From an uncultured Acidobacteriota bacterium (lineage in GTDB: Bacteria; Acidobacteriota; Terriglobia; Acidiferrales; UBA7541), in assembly GCA_963796165.1 (NCBI GenBank), contig CAWCKP010000008.1, positions 144,463 to 208,462 of the forward strand: a DNA stretch of 64,000 bases, read 5' to 3'. A model generated the notes under the pieces. It had not been told where the DNA came from. It did no database searches and was given only the letters and a program-made list of their open reading frames with translations. Of this stretch, positions 52,953 to 62,800 are shown piece after piece (within the stretch, counting starts at the first letter, position 1; the number at the start of each line of letters is the position of its first letter). Position numbers and translations under genes: made by a program.

Positions 52953-54056
52953 TTACGCCATCGCCGCGGACAATCCCTGAATCTGAATCAGCCCGGCGAG
53001 CGGCTTGTTTTTGCGGGCCTTCAGGTTTTCCGACATTATCCCGGTGCGCACCAGCGACTTCTCGCAATCCTGGGTGGACGGCCCGCGCATGTTGCCTTCC
53101 ATGTACGCCAGTCCCGGGCAGCGTGTGCAAGTGCCCATGTTCGAGCACTTCGAGCAACTGGTGAGATCGCGCACGGTGATCGATCGCACTTCGTTCATCT
53201 CCGGCGAGTAGCGCCAGATATCCAGAAATTTCTTTTCCCGCACGTTTCCGGTCGGCAGCGGAAACTGCACGCAGGGATAAACGTCGCCGTAGGGTGAAAC
53301 GTACGCCGCGGTGTGGCCCGCGCTGCATGGCAGGGAATCCAGCGCGTCGGCGTCCGGCGCTGCGGGAATCGAGCAGAATTCCTCGACGTTACCCACCAGC
53401 TCCGGAGTGTGAAACAACTTGTCCAGCTCGGCGTGACCGATATTCAAATTCAGAACTTCGCGGTTGCCATCCATCATCGGGGTGATGGTGGGATCGATGG
53501 TCACGTAACAACCCAGTTCGTTGCCCAGCGCACGCACGGCCGCCTGGTCCTGAATATTCTGGATCATCAAGACGTTGGCGATGATCACTTTGATTCCGTA
53601 GGATTTCAGAAAACGAATCGCGTGTACCGACCGTTCGAGCGACCCTGGAATCTTGGTGATCTCGTCGTGGATTTCCGGGCGGTGCGAATAGATGCTGATC
53701 TGCACCGAATCCACGCCCAGAGCGCGAATACGCTCGGCTTCCTTCTCGCGGATCAGGATGGCGTTGGTTTTCAGCTTCACGCAGAACATCAGCGCGCGGG
53801 CATGCTCGAGGATTTCGAAGAAGTCCTTGCGCATCAGAATTTCGCCGCCGCTCAAGGTAAGAAAGAAAACGCCGGCCGCCGCCATTTCATCGAGCAGGTC
53901 TTTGATTTCCTGGGTATTCATCTCGCCGTGGTCTTCGTGGTCGAGATAGCAATGCACGCAGCGCTCGTTGCAGCGATAGGTGAGGTCGAGCTGCACGCTC
54001 AGGGGGATTCCTAGCTTCAGGGCACGCTGGCCCATTTCCTCCATTAAGGCGCTCAT
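52953..54056 (-). CDS. radical SAM / SPASM domain protein (peptide- or protein-modifying maturase type)
   Basis: LTYRCNERCVHCY (CX3CX2C). C-terminal Cys-rich SPASM region CSAGHTAAYVSPYGDVYPC...CSKCSNMGTCTRCPG. Confidence 0.85.
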   Translation of the reverse strand: MSALMEEMGQRALKLGIPLSVQLDLTYRCNERCVHCYLDHEDHGEMNTQEIKDLLDEMAAAGVFFLTLSGGEILMRKDFFEILEHARALMFCVKLKTNAILIREKEAERIRALGVDSVQISIYSHRPEIHDEITKIPGSLERSVHAIRFLKSYGIKVIIANVLMIQNIQDQAAVRALGNELGCYVTIDPTITPMMDGNREVLNLNIGHAELDKLFHTPELVGNVEEFCSIPAAPDADALDSLPCSAGHTAAYVSPYGDVYPCVQFPLPTGNVREKKFLDIWRYSPEMNEVRSITVRDLTSCSKCSNMGTCTRCPGLAYMEGNMRGPSTQDCEKSLVRTGIMSENLKARKNKPLAGLIQIQGLSAAMA

Positions 54057-54412
54057 GGAGTCTCCTTGGCCGGGCCGCCGGTCTGGGTGATCGCGATCTG
54101 CGTGATCGCCGCTTGCGTGATCGGCTGATCCGAAACCAGCAGCAATCCGTGGCTGGTAAGCTCGGCCACCAGATCCTCCGCGTCGCTCAGGGCCACGCTG
54201 GGAGCTACTTCAAAGGCCGCGCACACTTTCTGGTCCACGATCTGATCGAGCGGCGTCGAACCGTCCGCCGCTTCCCAGATCGCGGTGGCCACTTCGTTCA
54301 GGGTAAACAGGGTAGAATCCTTCGCCGACATAATCATCATCTCTCCGCCCACCGCGCGAGCGGCGATCTGCGTACTTCGCGCGACGTAACGCTTCTGCGC
54401 TCCTGCGTCCAT
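54053..54412 (-). CDS. PqqD family protein (RiPP recognition element-like chaperone)
   Basis: ...IAARAVGGEMMIMSAKDSTLFTLNEVATAIWEAADGSTPLDQIV... is the typical PqqD pattern. Its stop overlaps the rSAM start by 4 nt. Confidence 0.7.
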   Translation of the reverse strand: MDAGAQKRYVARSTQIAARAVGGEMMIMSAKDSTLFTLNEVATAIWEAADGSTPLDQIVDQKVCAAFEVAPSVALSDAEDLVAELTSHGLLLVSDQPITQAAITQIAITQTGGPAKETP

Positions 54413-54460
54413 TGAGCCTTTTACTGCGCACTTCGATTCACATATTTCTAAGACGATGCT

Positions 54461-55297
54461 TTAACCCCGCCCAGCTCTATCTTGCTGCACCATTTCCCAC
54501 ACCCGCGCATCCGGCAGAAAGGTGAGCTGCCGCACCGGCGCCTTGCGCACGAACTCCGCCGCCGTTTCGAACACTAGTTTAACAAGCTCGGGGTCCCGCG
54601 CGAAGAACAGAATACTCTCCAGGAGTGCTCGGATGGCAACTTGTTCGGGCACTGTTTCGATCTGGTTCACTGGACCCTGCTTTAGTAAGTACAGTACGCC
54701 CACGGGTACTTTTACGTTTTCTCCCGGAGTATTCAGCTCGCCAACAAAGGGAGTTCCGTAAGCAAAATACCCCTCCGGAAGCTTACGGACGTAGGAAACC
54801 TCATCGGTAAGCAGCGTAGCGCTGGGCGGCGCCAAGCGGGCCATGGTGGTCTTGCCGGCCCCGGAGACGCCCGCAAAGAGCACCGCGCGGCCGCCTACCG
54901 AGGCGCTGGATGCGTGCAGCAAGAACCCGCCTTCCCGAGCCAGCAGCAAGGTATGCAGGATGCGCATCACCGCGTCGATGGAATAGGGGTTAGCGGTCTG
55001 GCGGATGCGCCCGCACCCCGCCGCCGGATTCCATTCCGCACGAAAATCGCCGCGGGAGAGCGACCATTTCCCCGCATCGAACACCACTTCGACGTCCTGA
55101 TCCTGATATTCCATGCCCGGCGGTTGCAAATCGATGTCGAACTCAAACCGTGGCTCGCTGGTGGTGGTGACGAACCCGGCATAGCGCTTCCGCAACAGGG
55201 CAATGAACTCCGGGTCGGCAACCCGCAGGCGCACCGGCAGCCCGCCGATTTCGATGATGACGCCAGGTACTTCGCTGGGGGTGCTTACGGTTGCCAT
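54461..55297 (-). CDS. HPr kinase-related P-loop protein (HprK-like kinase as found in RiPP clusters)
   Basis: LLHASSASVGGRAVLFAGVSGAGKTTMA P-loop context typical of the HprK C-terminal-domain-like family. Confidence 0.65.
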   Translation of the reverse strand: MATVSTPSEVPGVIIEIGGLPVRLRVADPEFIALLRKRYAGFVTTTSEPRFEFDIDLQPPGMEYQDQDVEVVFDAGKWSLSRGDFRAEWNPAAGCGRIRQTANPYSIDAVMRILHTLLLAREGGFLLHASSASVGGRAVLFAGVSGAGKTTMARLAPPSATLLTDEVSYVRKLPEGYFAYGTPFVGELNTPGENVKVPVGVLYLLKQGPVNQIETVPEQVAIRALLESILFFARDPELVKLVFETAAEFVRKAPVRQLTFLPDARVWEMVQQDRAGRG

Positions 55298-55878
55298 AGC
55301 ACCGCTTCTTCCGACCACTTTTCATTGGCCTGCCGGTAGGCCCGCGCCGGAAGGGTGAACCGCAGAAACAGGGAGGTGGCCCGGTCGGAGCGGCGCAGCG
55401 CCAGCGCGAGCAAGATGCTCTCGAACCAACTCAATCGTGGACCCGGCGTGAATCGCAGCTCGCCATCGCCGCGGGTGGTGCGTCGGCTCACCGATTCCAC
55501 CACCGCAATCAAATTCTCGGGAAGCACCGCGGGGTCGTCGCAAACCGCGCGATCCCCTCGGGTGATCCAGCGCCGCGCGCCCGCTTCTTGCAGCACCGTT
55601 ACCACTCGATGGGTGATCAGCCGCGGTCCGGAGGAGTAAACGATAAGTTGTCCTACGGAAATTTCTTCAGGGGCGGCCCGGCGGACGCTAAGAATATCGC
55701 CGGGACGAAGCGTGGGAGCCATGCTCGACCCTAAAACCCTGAGCCGCGCCGCGCCAAACTTCTGAACCAGCTCGGCGGTCATTTCCACTTTCAGCGCTGC
55801 GCACTCTTGGGTGTCCCGAGGCATCGCTGGCATCGGCGCGGGACCCGGTGCCGCAGCCTTGCTCTCCGCCGCGGTCAT
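55285..55878 (-). CDS. S24/S26-fold serine peptidase (signal-peptidase/LexA-like), apparently soluble
   Basis: LGSSMAPTLRPGDIL (nucleophile Ser box), LITHRVV (His where bacterial SPase I has Lys), TRGDRAVCDDP. No N-terminal TM helix. Confidence 0.6.
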   Translation of the reverse strand: MTAAESKAAAPGPAPMPAMPRDTQECAALKVEMTAELVQKFGAARLRVLGSSMAPTLRPGDILSVRRAAPEEISVGQLIVYSSGPRLITHRVVTVLQEAGARRWITRGDRAVCDDPAVLPENLIAVVESVSRRTTRGDGELRFTPGPRLSWFESILLALALRRSDRATSLFLRFTLPARAYRQANEKWSEEAVLWQP

Positions 55879-56018
55879 CGCTCACCTCTGGCTTCGCTGG
55901 TGCTTCGGGGGGCGCCGGGGCAACGCCCGGCGCGAAAGAAAACGCTCGAAGCGGACCGCCCGTTTTTGCTACAGCTTGCGGGCCGCTTCGAGCGTCGACT
56001 TCGGTTATTCATCCAGCG

Positions 56019-58211
56019 TTAGTTTAGACCATTCTGCGTGGCCTTCACAGCGCAGCCTTGGTCGCCGGTGCAGACTCCGTTGGTGGTTCCCACCGCGAGC
56101 GGTGTGAAATATACGCTCGAACCGGAAGTGGAGCTTGCCGAAACCACGTTATCGATAACGATCCCGCTGGTCCCGCCCGGTTCGCCCAGCGACGCTGCCA
56201 CTGCCGTCGGGAACGCGTCGGTTGCGCTGTCGCCGAGGGTTACGTCGATCGACATCAGGCACCCGCCCGAGCTGTTCGTCTGGCCCTGGCCGGTCAGATC
56301 GCAGTTGGCGCCGTTGCCGCCCGCGGTCACTCCGAAGAACATCAGGTCCATTCCGTTGTTGTAGACCTCGGTGAGCGGTGAGCATTCCGAGTCCGGCGTC
56401 GTTCCTACCTGCAACTGATTGGTATCGCTGCCGATGAAGTCGCCATAGGCGTCGAACGTTATCCGCCGGATCGTCGGCAAATCCATGGTGGGCTGCTTGC
56501 CGCAGTAGTACAGATGGCCCTGGGCCATATCACCCGAGTAGTAGTTGTTGTCGAAGTCGCCAGAATGCATCTGCGCGCCGGCCGCTCCCACTCCCAGTGA
56601 GGTAGGATCGGTCAGCGAAACAGTGGCCTGAATGATCTCCGCGTTTCCGGCACCGTTGTTGCCGACGAACACCAGCACCATCTCGGTATTGGAATCGACG
56701 ATCGGCGGATCCGGAATCGGGTTCCCGCCAGTGGGTATCACGCAGTCGTGCGCGACCGGGGTGGTGCTGGTGGTCACGTAGCTGACACAGCCCTTGGAGT
56801 CGGCCATAATGACGTTTCCGCTTACGTTGTCGTACACCGGCCCTGTCAGTTTCGCGCCGCTATCCACGGTGATACTCCACGTCTTGGACGGCGAAGTACC
56901 CAGAAACACGCCAGTGTATTTATAGAGCGTACCGTTGTCGTCGCCCACATAGATCACGTCATCCCAATAATCGGCGAACGGGGCTGAGTTGGAAGATGAA
57001 TGGCTACCCATCGGCAGCACTAGCTGGCAATTGGTGCACGTGCTCCAGGTGGAGCTGGTCGCGGTCGTCGGGGTTGCCGGCGCGGTGATTGAACCGGACC
57101 CAGCCGCCCATTTCAGAATGTGCAGGTTAGACCCGGTGGAGGTGCTCACCACAAACGCGATCTTGGTTCCATCCATGGACAGCGCCACCGAACTGGCGGT
57201 CGTTCCGCCGGTCTCGCTGGAGGTCGATACGCCGTAAGCGAAATAGGTGGAAGGCCCGGAGCCGCAAGTGGAATAGAGATTGTTCAGGGCCACGAGGTTC
57301 GCTGCCGCTGTGCTTGTTCCGCCGTTGCCGCCGATGAACTTCGGAAAGAACCACGTGAAGTTTTCCGAGTTCGAGCAGGAACCGAAGAAGAACGGGAAGC
57401 AATCGATCGCGCCGCTCGGTCCCACCGTGGAGTTGTTGCCTGCGGAGCCCGCGACGGTATCCGTAACGATTACCCAGTTGCCGAAGAATACCTGCGCGGT
57501 GTAGGTGAAGATCCCGGAGGTGGCCGCGTTGACCGCCGTCACGAAGTTGCTGGCTGCCTGAGAGGGGCTGCTGCCCTGTTGGAAATGCAAACTACTCACC
57601 GCGGTGGTGTTGGAGATGGCCGTAAAGGTTGTACCATTGATTTGGATGGTGGAACCCACGGCTGGTATGTTCCAAAAGAAACCGTAGTCGATGGCTTTGG
57701 TCGAATAGCCAGTCGCGCCCGTTCCCGACGCGGTATTGGTGTTGTAGGCCACGAAGTCGCTGGTGCAATTCGGCGTTGCGTTGACGTTGAAGCTATACTT
57801 GGCAGGGAACTGTTCGTTCCCGACGCTCGCGCTCGCTCCCAGGGCCGCCGTCCAGTCGCGGTGCATCGGACCGCTCTCCGGTTCCGCCTGATGATCTCCC
57901 CATCTCGCCGGTAGGGTCGGGTTCACATAGCGTGGGCCCGAGTCGCCTGGGTCCGAGAGGGGTTTCATGGCGGTCATCGCACGCCGGTAGTATTGCTGCA
58001 TGAACCGTGGGTCCTGCTGGAGCCGCCGGGACTGCTCGGCGCTCTTCGGTGCAGAAAAGACCAGGTTCTTATGGCTCCAGTCGGTGACCAATGGGACCCG
58101 GGCTCGGGTTTCAGTCTGAGCTACGTCAGGGGTCTGGGCCATCAGGGTGAGCCCTAGTGTCAAAGTTGACGCGATTCCTAGGGCCACTTTCAGGAAGCTT
58201 TTGTGTGTCAT
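56019..58211 (-). CDS. large secreted beta-propeller-like protein (paralog P1)
   Basis: Within ORF 56019..58361. The start MTHKSFLKVALGIASTLTLGLTLMAQ is a signal peptide with AAGGGA upstream. N- and C-terminal regions are homologous to the gene at 59890..64000. Confidence 0.75.
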   Translation of the reverse strand: MTHKSFLKVALGIASTLTLGLTLMAQTPDVAQTETRARVPLVTDWSHKNLVFSAPKSAEQSRRLQQDPRFMQQYYRRAMTAMKPLSDPGDSGPRYVNPTLPARWGDHQAEPESGPMHRDWTAALGASASVGNEQFPAKYSFNVNATPNCTSDFVAYNTNTASGTGATGYSTKAIDYGFFWNIPAVGSTIQINGTTFTAISNTTAVSSLHFQQGSSPSQAASNFVTAVNAATSGIFTYTAQVFFGNWVIVTDTVAGSAGNNSTVGPSGAIDCFPFFFGSCSNSENFTWFFPKFIGGNGGTSTAAANLVALNNLYSTCGSGPSTYFAYGVSTSSETGGTTASSVALSMDGTKIAFVVSTSTGSNLHILKWAAGSGSITAPATPTTATSSTWSTCTNCQLVLPMGSHSSSNSAPFADYWDDVIYVGDDNGTLYKYTGVFLGTSPSKTWSITVDSGAKLTGPVYDNVSGNVIMADSKGCVSYVTTSTTPVAHDCVIPTGGNPIPDPPIVDSNTEMVLVFVGNNGAGNAEIIQATVSLTDPTSLGVGAAGAQMHSGDFDNNYYSGDMAQGHLYYCGKQPTMDLPTIRRITFDAYGDFIGSDTNQLQVGTTPDSECSPLTEVYNNGMDLMFFGVTAGGNGANCDLTGQGQTNSSGGCLMSIDVTLGDSATDAFPTAVAASLGEPGGTSGIVIDNVVSASSTSGSSVYFTPLAVGTTNGVCTGDQGCAVKATQNGLN

Positions 58212-58506
58212 ATTCATATTCCCTTTGCCTCGCCAAGAAAGATTTGGGGCCCGGTGTTCCGGGTCGATACGGTTATACCGGAGTGCCGCAAGATGGCCCA
58301 ATCTAATCGGATTTGGAACATGAAGTAGGGGGACGTACAGTACTTTGCCCATGATTCGCAAAGTGAGAATCGTTTGTAAATATATGAATATAGGCAGCTT
58401 GAACTTTAGCTCTTTGCGGACCCATCGAGTTTCGAGGCGGAAAACTGGAGTGAGTCAGGCGGCTCATGTATCAGGACCTATAGGCGCAGGAGTACGCTGC
58501 TAGACT

Positions 58507-58950
58507 CGCCGTTGTGGCACTGCGACTCCTCGCGGTGCGGCCCCAAACCACCGAAAACTCCCTGGTCTCAAGACACGAGCACAATGTCTGGGGGGGTGCT
58601 ACGACAGGTTCTGTTCGAAAAATGGCCCGAGTGCCGTGTTGAGAACCGAGTTTGGTGTTTGTTTTGAGGGGGATGCAATCTCTAAACGCGGCACGTAGGG
58701 TTCCCGGATCTGCCCGGTGGCCGCTTCGTGGCTCGAAGCTCGATTTGAACTCGATTGGGCGCGGAGTGATTGGAGTACGGAGCATCGTTCGGAGTTCCAC
58801 CGGACACCCTTGCAGATGGCAAGGTGAAAAAACATCCGCTGGAATACGGCCTTTCTAACGTTTTGGAGCGGAGATTGTGTTCGTTGTTTTGATTTGGGGA
58901 ATTTTGTAATGCTGGCACGCACCGCGAGGAGTCGCTGTGCCACAACGGCG
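58507..58950. repeat. inverted pair of 33-bp GTTGTGGCAC-type repeats bracketing about 380 bp
   Basis: CGCCGTTGTGGCACTGCGACTCCTCGCGGTGCG at 58507-58539. The reverse complement of 58918-58950 is CGCCGTTGTGGCACAGCGACTCCTCGCGGTGCG, one mismatch. Confidence 0.75.
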
Positions 58951-59813
58951 GTGTCACAACGGCGCCTTTAAACAAATCACACACGCGAAAATTCACAGGC
59001 AAAAATTCTCACGCTAAAAAAAACGCTCACCGCAACAGACACACGCGTAGCGTGCGTCCGTTAACTGCATCTCAAATTTTTTTGTGCGAGTGTGGATGCG
59101 TGCAGCGCATTCCTCACGAGACGCGTGCAGCCCTTACGATGCTTTGCGATGGAACTTGCAGGACGACTGTGTCGCGCTGATTTTTCCGCAGTGCAACGCC
59201 ATGGTCTCGAAGACACGCTCATGACGTACTGCGGGTTTGTGGTATGGTTTTTTCCCTCCCGCTCCTGAGGGCTTGGCGGCGTTTGAAAAATTTGTGCTCA
59301 ATTTGACCTCATTTCAACCGTGAGATGCATTCCCTAGACGAAGGTGGCAAAAAATACCTCTGGCCATCCGCGCCAGGGCCGCCTGCGGATATTTACCCCC
59401 ACAGTGTACCATTACGTAGCGCGATTTTCACCGATGTTTGTAACGCAAATGTAAATATTCCAGAACCGCCCCTTCCCGTCCCCCGACAGCCCTTAACGCT
59501 AGGTCCAACCTAGCCTTACGCCGAACCGCCCGCCCGGCCCGCGCTCCTAGACCCACCGTCTCAGCCCCTACATGCTGTATGCCCCAGGGGGACGCCTAGA
59601 GTGCTCCCAGAGGCCCTCCAGGCACTTTCAGGGGCCCTAGCCCTAGGGCCAAAGCCCGAAGGAGACAAACGTCGGGCCGTAGAAGCGAAGTCAAAACACC
59701 CACGCTTCCCAAAATCGGGGAAGAATGGGGCACCCAAAAAACATGGAAGCGTGAATCAAAACCTAAAGGCAAACACGTCGAACCGTAGAACCTAGCCCAA
59801 TTCACGCTACCAA

Positions 59814-59851
59814 TAAAAAAAGCAGCCTGGATGAGGTTCCATCCAGGCTGC
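59814..59851 (-). terminator. rho-independent terminator of the giant repeat-protein gene
   Basis: Minus strand reads GCAGCCTGGATG-gaacctc-ATCCAGGCTGC followed by TTTTTTT. Confidence 0.8.
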
Positions 59852-59889
59852 CGGTTTTTGCTGCCATCCGCCCCTCCAGGCGGTTGCTT

Positions 59890-62800
59890 TTACTGCAGAC
59901 CTGCCTGCGTCAGCTTCACGGCGCAGTATTTTCCGACGGCGCAAACGGGGTCTGCGGAAGTGCCGACCGCCTCGGTAGTGAAGTACATGCTCGAGGCCTG
60001 AGCGGCGGGGCTGATGTTGTCCACCACGATTCCGCTGGTGCCATCCTGCGCGGGCGGGTAGGTATTTACGGAGTGTTCGATGCCCTTGGTCATCACGTAC
60101 GAGGTGGTGACGCTGTAGCCCTGACCCACCGCCGCTCCGAATGCTCCGGTTCCGCCGGCGATGCGCCCGACGCCGAACAGCATGTAATCGGTGCCGTCGG
60201 GGCCGCCGTCCGAACCCGGCTGGAAGATTTCGGTGATCGGTGCGCACTCAGCGTAATCGGACGAAGCCAAGGTGGAGAGGCTCAGCCCGAGGGTTGCATC
60301 GACCGCGTTGTTCATGACGCCGGCGTTGAAAGTGATCGCGAACATCGACGGCGCAGCGGTCGTTGAGTTGTCGCAGACGAACAAGTGGCCGGTGCCCGTG
60401 CCGTTGTAGTAGTTATTGTCGAACGCCGGCGCATGCACGTTGACTACGCTCGCCCCAGTAGTGGCTGGGTTCGTTCCGCAGAAGGCGCCAGTGCCGGTGC
60501 TGAGGTTATTGACGCGGTTGCCGAACAACGTTGTCCCAGCAGCGCCGGTGGAGGCTTGGGTCACCACCGCACGGTTGGAAGAGCTCACCGACGTTGCCGC
60601 GTTCTGGGTGTAAGCATAGAGCGCGTTAATCGAATCGTCGATGATCACCGGATCGGTGATGCCTCCGGATTCCACCAGACCGGAACCGCAGCTTCCGGTT
60701 CCTTCGCCAACCGCCATCGATGAAGCCGCGCCCGAGCCCAGCGGATACGGTACTGCGTACACTTTACCGTCCGCCGCGCCTACGAACACGTTACCCGATT
60801 GCTCGTCCTCAACTGGGCCGGTCAGCATGGTCTGGCCCGAAGTGGTGCCCACCTGCGTGCTGGTGACTACCGGTGCGGCGGTTCCGCCAGTGGTGGCGGT
60901 TCCCACGAACACCGGAGAGACCGAGTAGAGCACGCCCTGGTCGTCTCCGAAGTACAGCACGTCGTTGTCGTAGTCGTAGTAGGGTGACGAGAGAGTGATG
61001 TGGTTGCTGCCGATCGCCACGTTGACCATGCACGACCCGGAAGCTGCGCAACCCGCTGTTGGCGGGTCCAGGGTTACCGTCGGTGCCGAAACGTAGCCGG
61101 TGCCGTTGCTGGTCAGCGTGATCGAAGTCACCGCGCCGCCCGAGATGTTTGCGGTTGCGGTCGCGCCGGAAGCGCTTGCACCGCCGCCGTTGATGTACAC
61201 GTTCGGAACCGTGGTGTAGCCGCTTCCGCCGTAAACCAGGTTGATCGCGGATAGCTGATCCAGGGTGCTTGCCGTGGCTGCCGCACCAGTTCCACCGCCG
61301 CCGGTGCCGAAAGTAACCGTCGGAGTGCCGCTGTAGCCGCTGCCGCCATTGGTTAGGTTAACCGAAGCAACCGAGCCGCTGATGGTTGCAGTTGCGGTCG
61401 CGCCCGATCCGCCGGTGCCACTGTTACCGAAGGTAACCGTCGGCGCCGAAGTGTAGCCCGAGCCCGCGCTGGTGACCGTCACCGAGCTGACCACGCCGCC
61501 AAGGTTCGCGGTTGCTGCTGCACCGCCGGTACCGCTGATGGTCACCGCCGGGACTGCTGTGTAGTTGTTGCCTGCGTTGGTAACGGTGATCGAGGAAACG
61601 TACTTCGATGTGACCGCTGTCGCTGCCGCGCCGGAACCGCCAGTGCCGGTGTTGTTGAAAGTGATGGTTGGCGCGGTAGTGTAGACGCCGGGGGTGGTAA
61701 CCGTCACGCTGCCGACGACTCCGGTCAGATTAGCCGTTGCCGCTGCACCGCTGCCTGCGCCGCCGCCGGTGAATGCCACCGTCGGAGCTGAGGTGTAGCC
61801 AGTACCGACCGCTGTCTCATTGACTCCAGTAACCGATCCGGAGAACGTTACGGTGGCTGCCGCGCCGGTGCCGGTGCTGCTGGTGAATGAAACCGTGGGA
61901 GCCGCGGTATAGGCCCCGCCGCTGGTCAGGGTTACGCTCTGCACCGTTCCGCTGATCTTCGCGGTGGCCGTAGCTTGGGTGGTTGCGCCGCCGCCGGTGA
62001 TGGTCACCGTCGGGTTGGCAGTGTAGCCGCTGCCGCCACTCGTTAGAGTGAGCGAGCCCACCACCTGAGAAGTGGTTGTGCTCACGGTATAAACCGCCGC
62101 GGTGTTTTGCACATAGTAGCCGCCGATGGTCATAACGATGCTGCCGCCGGTCAACGTATACGAACCGCCATTGGTGATGCTCACGCTACTGACACAAGAG
62201 TAAAGACCACCCTCCGCAGTGGTGCACGGCGGCTTCGCTGTCGCGGTGGCCACCGTGCCGGTTGCCTGGGTGTTCTGGACGCAACCCGTTGCGCTGCAGG
62301 AGAACGTCACAGTCGGACTGTAAAACCAGTAGGCGCCGGTGTTGGTAAAGGTCACGCTGCTAACCGAGTAGACCGTGGCCAGGTTCGCGGTGGCCGTAGC
62401 GGTGGTCCCAGATGTGGGGGCCGAAATCGTTACCGTCGGGGCCGAGGTATATCCCGCGCCTGCGGTGGCCAGCGTCAATGTACTCACTGGACCCGCGATC
62501 GTTGCCGTTGCCGCTGCTCCGCCGGAGCCGCTGAAGACCACCGTCGGCGCGGTCTGGTATCCGCTGCCTGCCGCGGTGACGTTCACGGCCTGTACCGAAC
62601 CGCTAAAAGTTGCCGTCGCGGTTGCGCCGCTGCCGCCGCCACCAGTGACGCTAACCGTGGGAGCGGAAGTGTAGCCGGATCCGCCACTGGTCAAACTGTA
62701 GGATCCAACGCCCTGGCTCAGATTGGCGGTAGCTGCTCCGCCGCCGGTTCCGGAGTAAACCACCGTCGGTGCTGAGGTGTAGCCGGTGCCGCCGTTGGTT

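Noticed and set aside
55875-56012. 45-codon minus-strand ORF (MNNRSRRSKRPASCSKNGRSASSVFFRAGRCPGAPRSTSEARGER) between the P1 stop and the peptidase start. It ends in an ATGA overlap with the peptidase gene, which made it a tempting precursor-peptide candidate for the rSAM operon.
   Set aside because: It has no Shine-Dalgarno sequence. Its extreme Arg/Ser content is typical of an off-frame reading of GC-rich DNA. It spans a terminator-like hairpin (CGCTCGAAGCGG…CCGCTTCGAGCG followed by a T-rich tract). It is worth checking only if ribosome profiling or conservation data exist.
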